DNA of 63,422 nucleotides, counting the filler, from Neoconidiobolus thromboides FSU 785 (lineage: Eukaryota > Fungi > Entomophthoromycota), in the NCBI GenBank assembly GCA_025603075.1. It is 8 parts of 8 records of this genome, joined end to end, with 100 filler letters (N's around TTAATTAATTAA, not from the genome) between each part and the next. Parts side by side here need not be neighbours in the genome. Positions count along the whole stretch, not along the records: positions 56,138 to 61,947 come from MU626742.1; positions 62,048 to 63,422 come from MU626981.1; 6 more parts are not named here. One strand, written 5' to 3'. A program made the position numbers and the translations under genes. Shown here piece by piece: positions 61,284 through 63,422 of the stretch (within the stretch, counting starts at the first letter, position 1; every line of letters begins with the position of its first letter). Below the pieces are notes generated by a model. The model had not been told where the DNA came from. It did not search any database and worked only from the letters and a program-made list of their open reading frames with translations.

Positions 61284-61389
61284 ATATAGGAGTATTTTTT
61301 TGACTTCATTATTTTTTCTATTTTTTAAGCACTATTTAAGCGGGAAACTTGTTAGTAAAATTCTTAAATACAAAAATACATCCTCATAT
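61284..61389 (-). mobile_element. MITE copy 26 (TSD ATAT/ATAT)
   Basis: Consensus match. Confidence 0.9.
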
Positions 61390-61947
61390 GTAGTATGGAC
61401 ACTCTCATTAAAATAAAATAGTATCCAGTTATGAATGAACATCTAAACCTGAGGCTCAATTTTTCTCCTGTTTTGACTTCTTATAAAATTTTACCTTTTA
61501 ACCAGTTTATTAAACACACCATATTAGAGTCTTATTTTATTAATATATTATATTTTAATGATTTTTATCTTAAAAAGCCTTATCCAAAATACTTAAATAA
61601 AAAGCTGACTTTTTTGAATATCAAAGCTAATTTAAAGCTAAAAAGTACTACAATCACTAATATTAACTCTAAAAGTAAGTTCAGCCTTTTATTACATAAA
61701 GGAAAACTAATATTATGCATAACATTAAGGTTTTTAATTATTTTTAGTTACATAGTCATTTTTAGATAATACATTGATACAAAACAAAGATAATGAAAAT
61801 GACAAAATAATGATAAAAGTTAAAAGTCGAAAAATTATTACATAAAATTTGCTAACATCCTTGTACTTGTAAATCAAATGGTAAAAATGAGATCATTTTC
61901 ATTTAAAAATAATGAAAAAATAGTATAAAAGCCAGTTGTTATAAATT

Positions 61948-62047
61948 NNNNNNNNNNNNNNNNNNNNNNNNNNNNNNNNNNNNNNNNNNNNTTAATTAAT
62001 TAANNNNNNNNNNNNNNNNNNNNNNNNNNNNNNNNNNNNNNNNNNNN
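61948..62047. other. Artificial assembly spacer
   Basis: 44 N + TTAATTAATTAA + 44 N. Confidence 0.98.
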
Positions 62048-62119
62048 AATTAAACGTTGGGCATAATGATATCCTAAACCACTATTTCCACCAGTTATTA
62101 TACAGACTAATCTTTCCAT
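62048..62119 (-). CDS. 5' end of a short-chain dehydrogenase/reductase (ERG27-like or retinol-dehydrogenase-like)
   Basis: MERLVCIITGGNSGLGYHYAQRLI then the gap; TGxxxGxG Rossmann motif. Not in the ORF track. Confidence 0.8.
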
Positions 62120-63004
62120 TTCGTTTTATTTTTTAGAGTTTTTATTTTGTAGTATAAAAAAATCGTTTCTTTTTATATATGCTCTGTAATTATAACCTTA
62201 ATTCAATTCTAAAGAGCATTATTAATTCGAAGCATAATTTACCATACAGCAAACTTTTAAAATAGCTAAATTTAGTAATGTATAAAATATAAAAATTAGA
62301 TTATATAAATTGTTATTTCTATAATAATGGTATCCTTTATAATACAATTCACATCAAAGCAGCATATACACAATCCCATATATAATATAAGCTTACCTTT
62401 TTATTATTGTTATAGTAAAATAATAAAACTTCGTACACAACCCTTGTTATCTATATTCTGGATTATCTATTTTTACATAAATTTATAAATTTAAAGAATT
62501 TTGGGTCGGAAAGTTAATTTACCGAGAATCAGAAATAATCAACTTTTTGATATAAAATCCTTTGTACAATATGAAGTATGGATTACTAATAAGTTTTATA
62601 GGTTTTTTTGGTTTTTTCAATCGGCTTAAATGTTGTAGTCCGATGGGCATCACATTCTTTTATTGATCAATGGAATGGATATAGGCACTGTCAATATTTA
62701 AACTTTAGTTATAATAGTTGATTTTAAATAAAGTCTAGATAATTGCACTATTCTAAGTTAATAAAGGGATTACAAATAATTAAAAGTAAAGATTAAGCTA
62801 AATTTATTTTTTAAAGCTTAATCATTAAAAAATCATACAGATCCATAATAAAAAAGCTCAAAAGTTTAAATCCTCAGCAATGATAAGTATAAATACTAGA
62901 GATATATTAAAAAATAATTACATTTAAAAATACTCATAACTTGTAACAATTTTATACTATAAATATTGATTGTTAAAAGATTGAAATAATAATTCACGAG
63001 GATT

Positions 63005-63077
63005 GCTCCGTTAGCTCAGTTGGCAGAGCGTGGTGCTAATAACGCTAAGGTCATAGGTTCAAGCCCTATACGGAGCA
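63005..63077 (+). tRNA. tRNA-Ile (anticodon AAT), intronless
   Basis: GCTCCGT acceptor stem pairs with ACGGAGC; D arm GCTC/GAGC; anticodon loop CT-AAT-AA; T arm ATAGG-TTCAAGC-CCTAT; TTTT shortly downstream. Confidence 0.96.
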
Positions 63078-63422
63078 TAACTTTTAGTAACTATTTTTAT
63101 AATTAGATACCTATATAACTCTAAGTTTGACAGTTTGTTAAATGAATGGTTAATAAAGGTCGCAAAAGAGTTGTAACAAATGGAAAAGTGAAAAAGCACT
63201 TCTATACGAATTTTGGATATAAGTTTTGTAGTAAAATTCAAACAAAATAAATCAAAAATATATTGCTTTATTGTAAAAAAAACATCCCACTGTTTTTAAA
63301 GATTTACAATTCTAAGTGTTCATAGGTCTCTTTAATCTAAACTAATGTTAGTCTTTGTTTTAAATTCATACTATAAATAACTTACTTTATCTGAATTAAA
63401 CTCAACCCAGTCGAATTTTTCT

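Noticed and set aside
7913-61389. The recurring roughly 100-bp repeat as a CRISPR-like array, promoter motif or SINE
   Set aside because: Copies are dispersed, not regularly spaced; they have TIRs and TSDs; there are no Pol III A/B boxes or poly(A) tail; the host is eukaryotic.
61431-61769. 112-aa track ORF (also 63059..63241, 60549..60734, 26010..26210, 1770..1952)
   Set aside because: Composition mirrors AT-rich background (Leu/Ile/Lys/Phe/Asn); no motifs or codon bias.
29751-62003. TTAATTAATTAA palindrome as a biological motif
   Set aside because: Always centred in a run of Ns of identical length; it is an assembly linker.

Overview
Very AT-rich, intron-containing eukaryotic DNA from a fungus. 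Evidence: an eEF3 gene, a Zn2Cys6 binuclear cluster, ALG2 and short (about 45-90 nt) GT..AG introns. The gene mix (7TM receptor, many divergent Zn2Cys6-type factors) fits an early-diverging fungus such as Conidiobolus/Neoconidiobolus, but that is inference. Seven artificial 100-nt spacers (44 N + TTAATTAATTAA + 44 N) break the window, so adjacency across them is unproven. Recognisable genes: two CAP/SCP paralogs, a secreted TM-anchored substrate-binding-like protein (CBA1-like candidate), a Pho2/Pah2-like homeodomain factor, ALG2, a small His-rich hydrophilin, an intronless GH3 beta-glucosidase, a GPCR-like protein, a REX4-like exonuclease with a pseudogene twin, eEF3 (5' part), TF fragments, an HSL-family esterase with a pseudogene twin, a DUF4536-like protein, a CsbD-like fragment, a second alpha/beta hydrolase, an SDR 5' end and tRNA-Ile(AAT). 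The main unexplained structure is a roughly 98-bp non-coding foldback element (MITE) in 26 copies. It has GGG..CCC ends, a demonstrable 4-bp target-site duplication, near-identical distant copies, a perfect 90-bp inverted pair and CpG-focused transitions. All alignments and translations were done by eye; no database searches were run.
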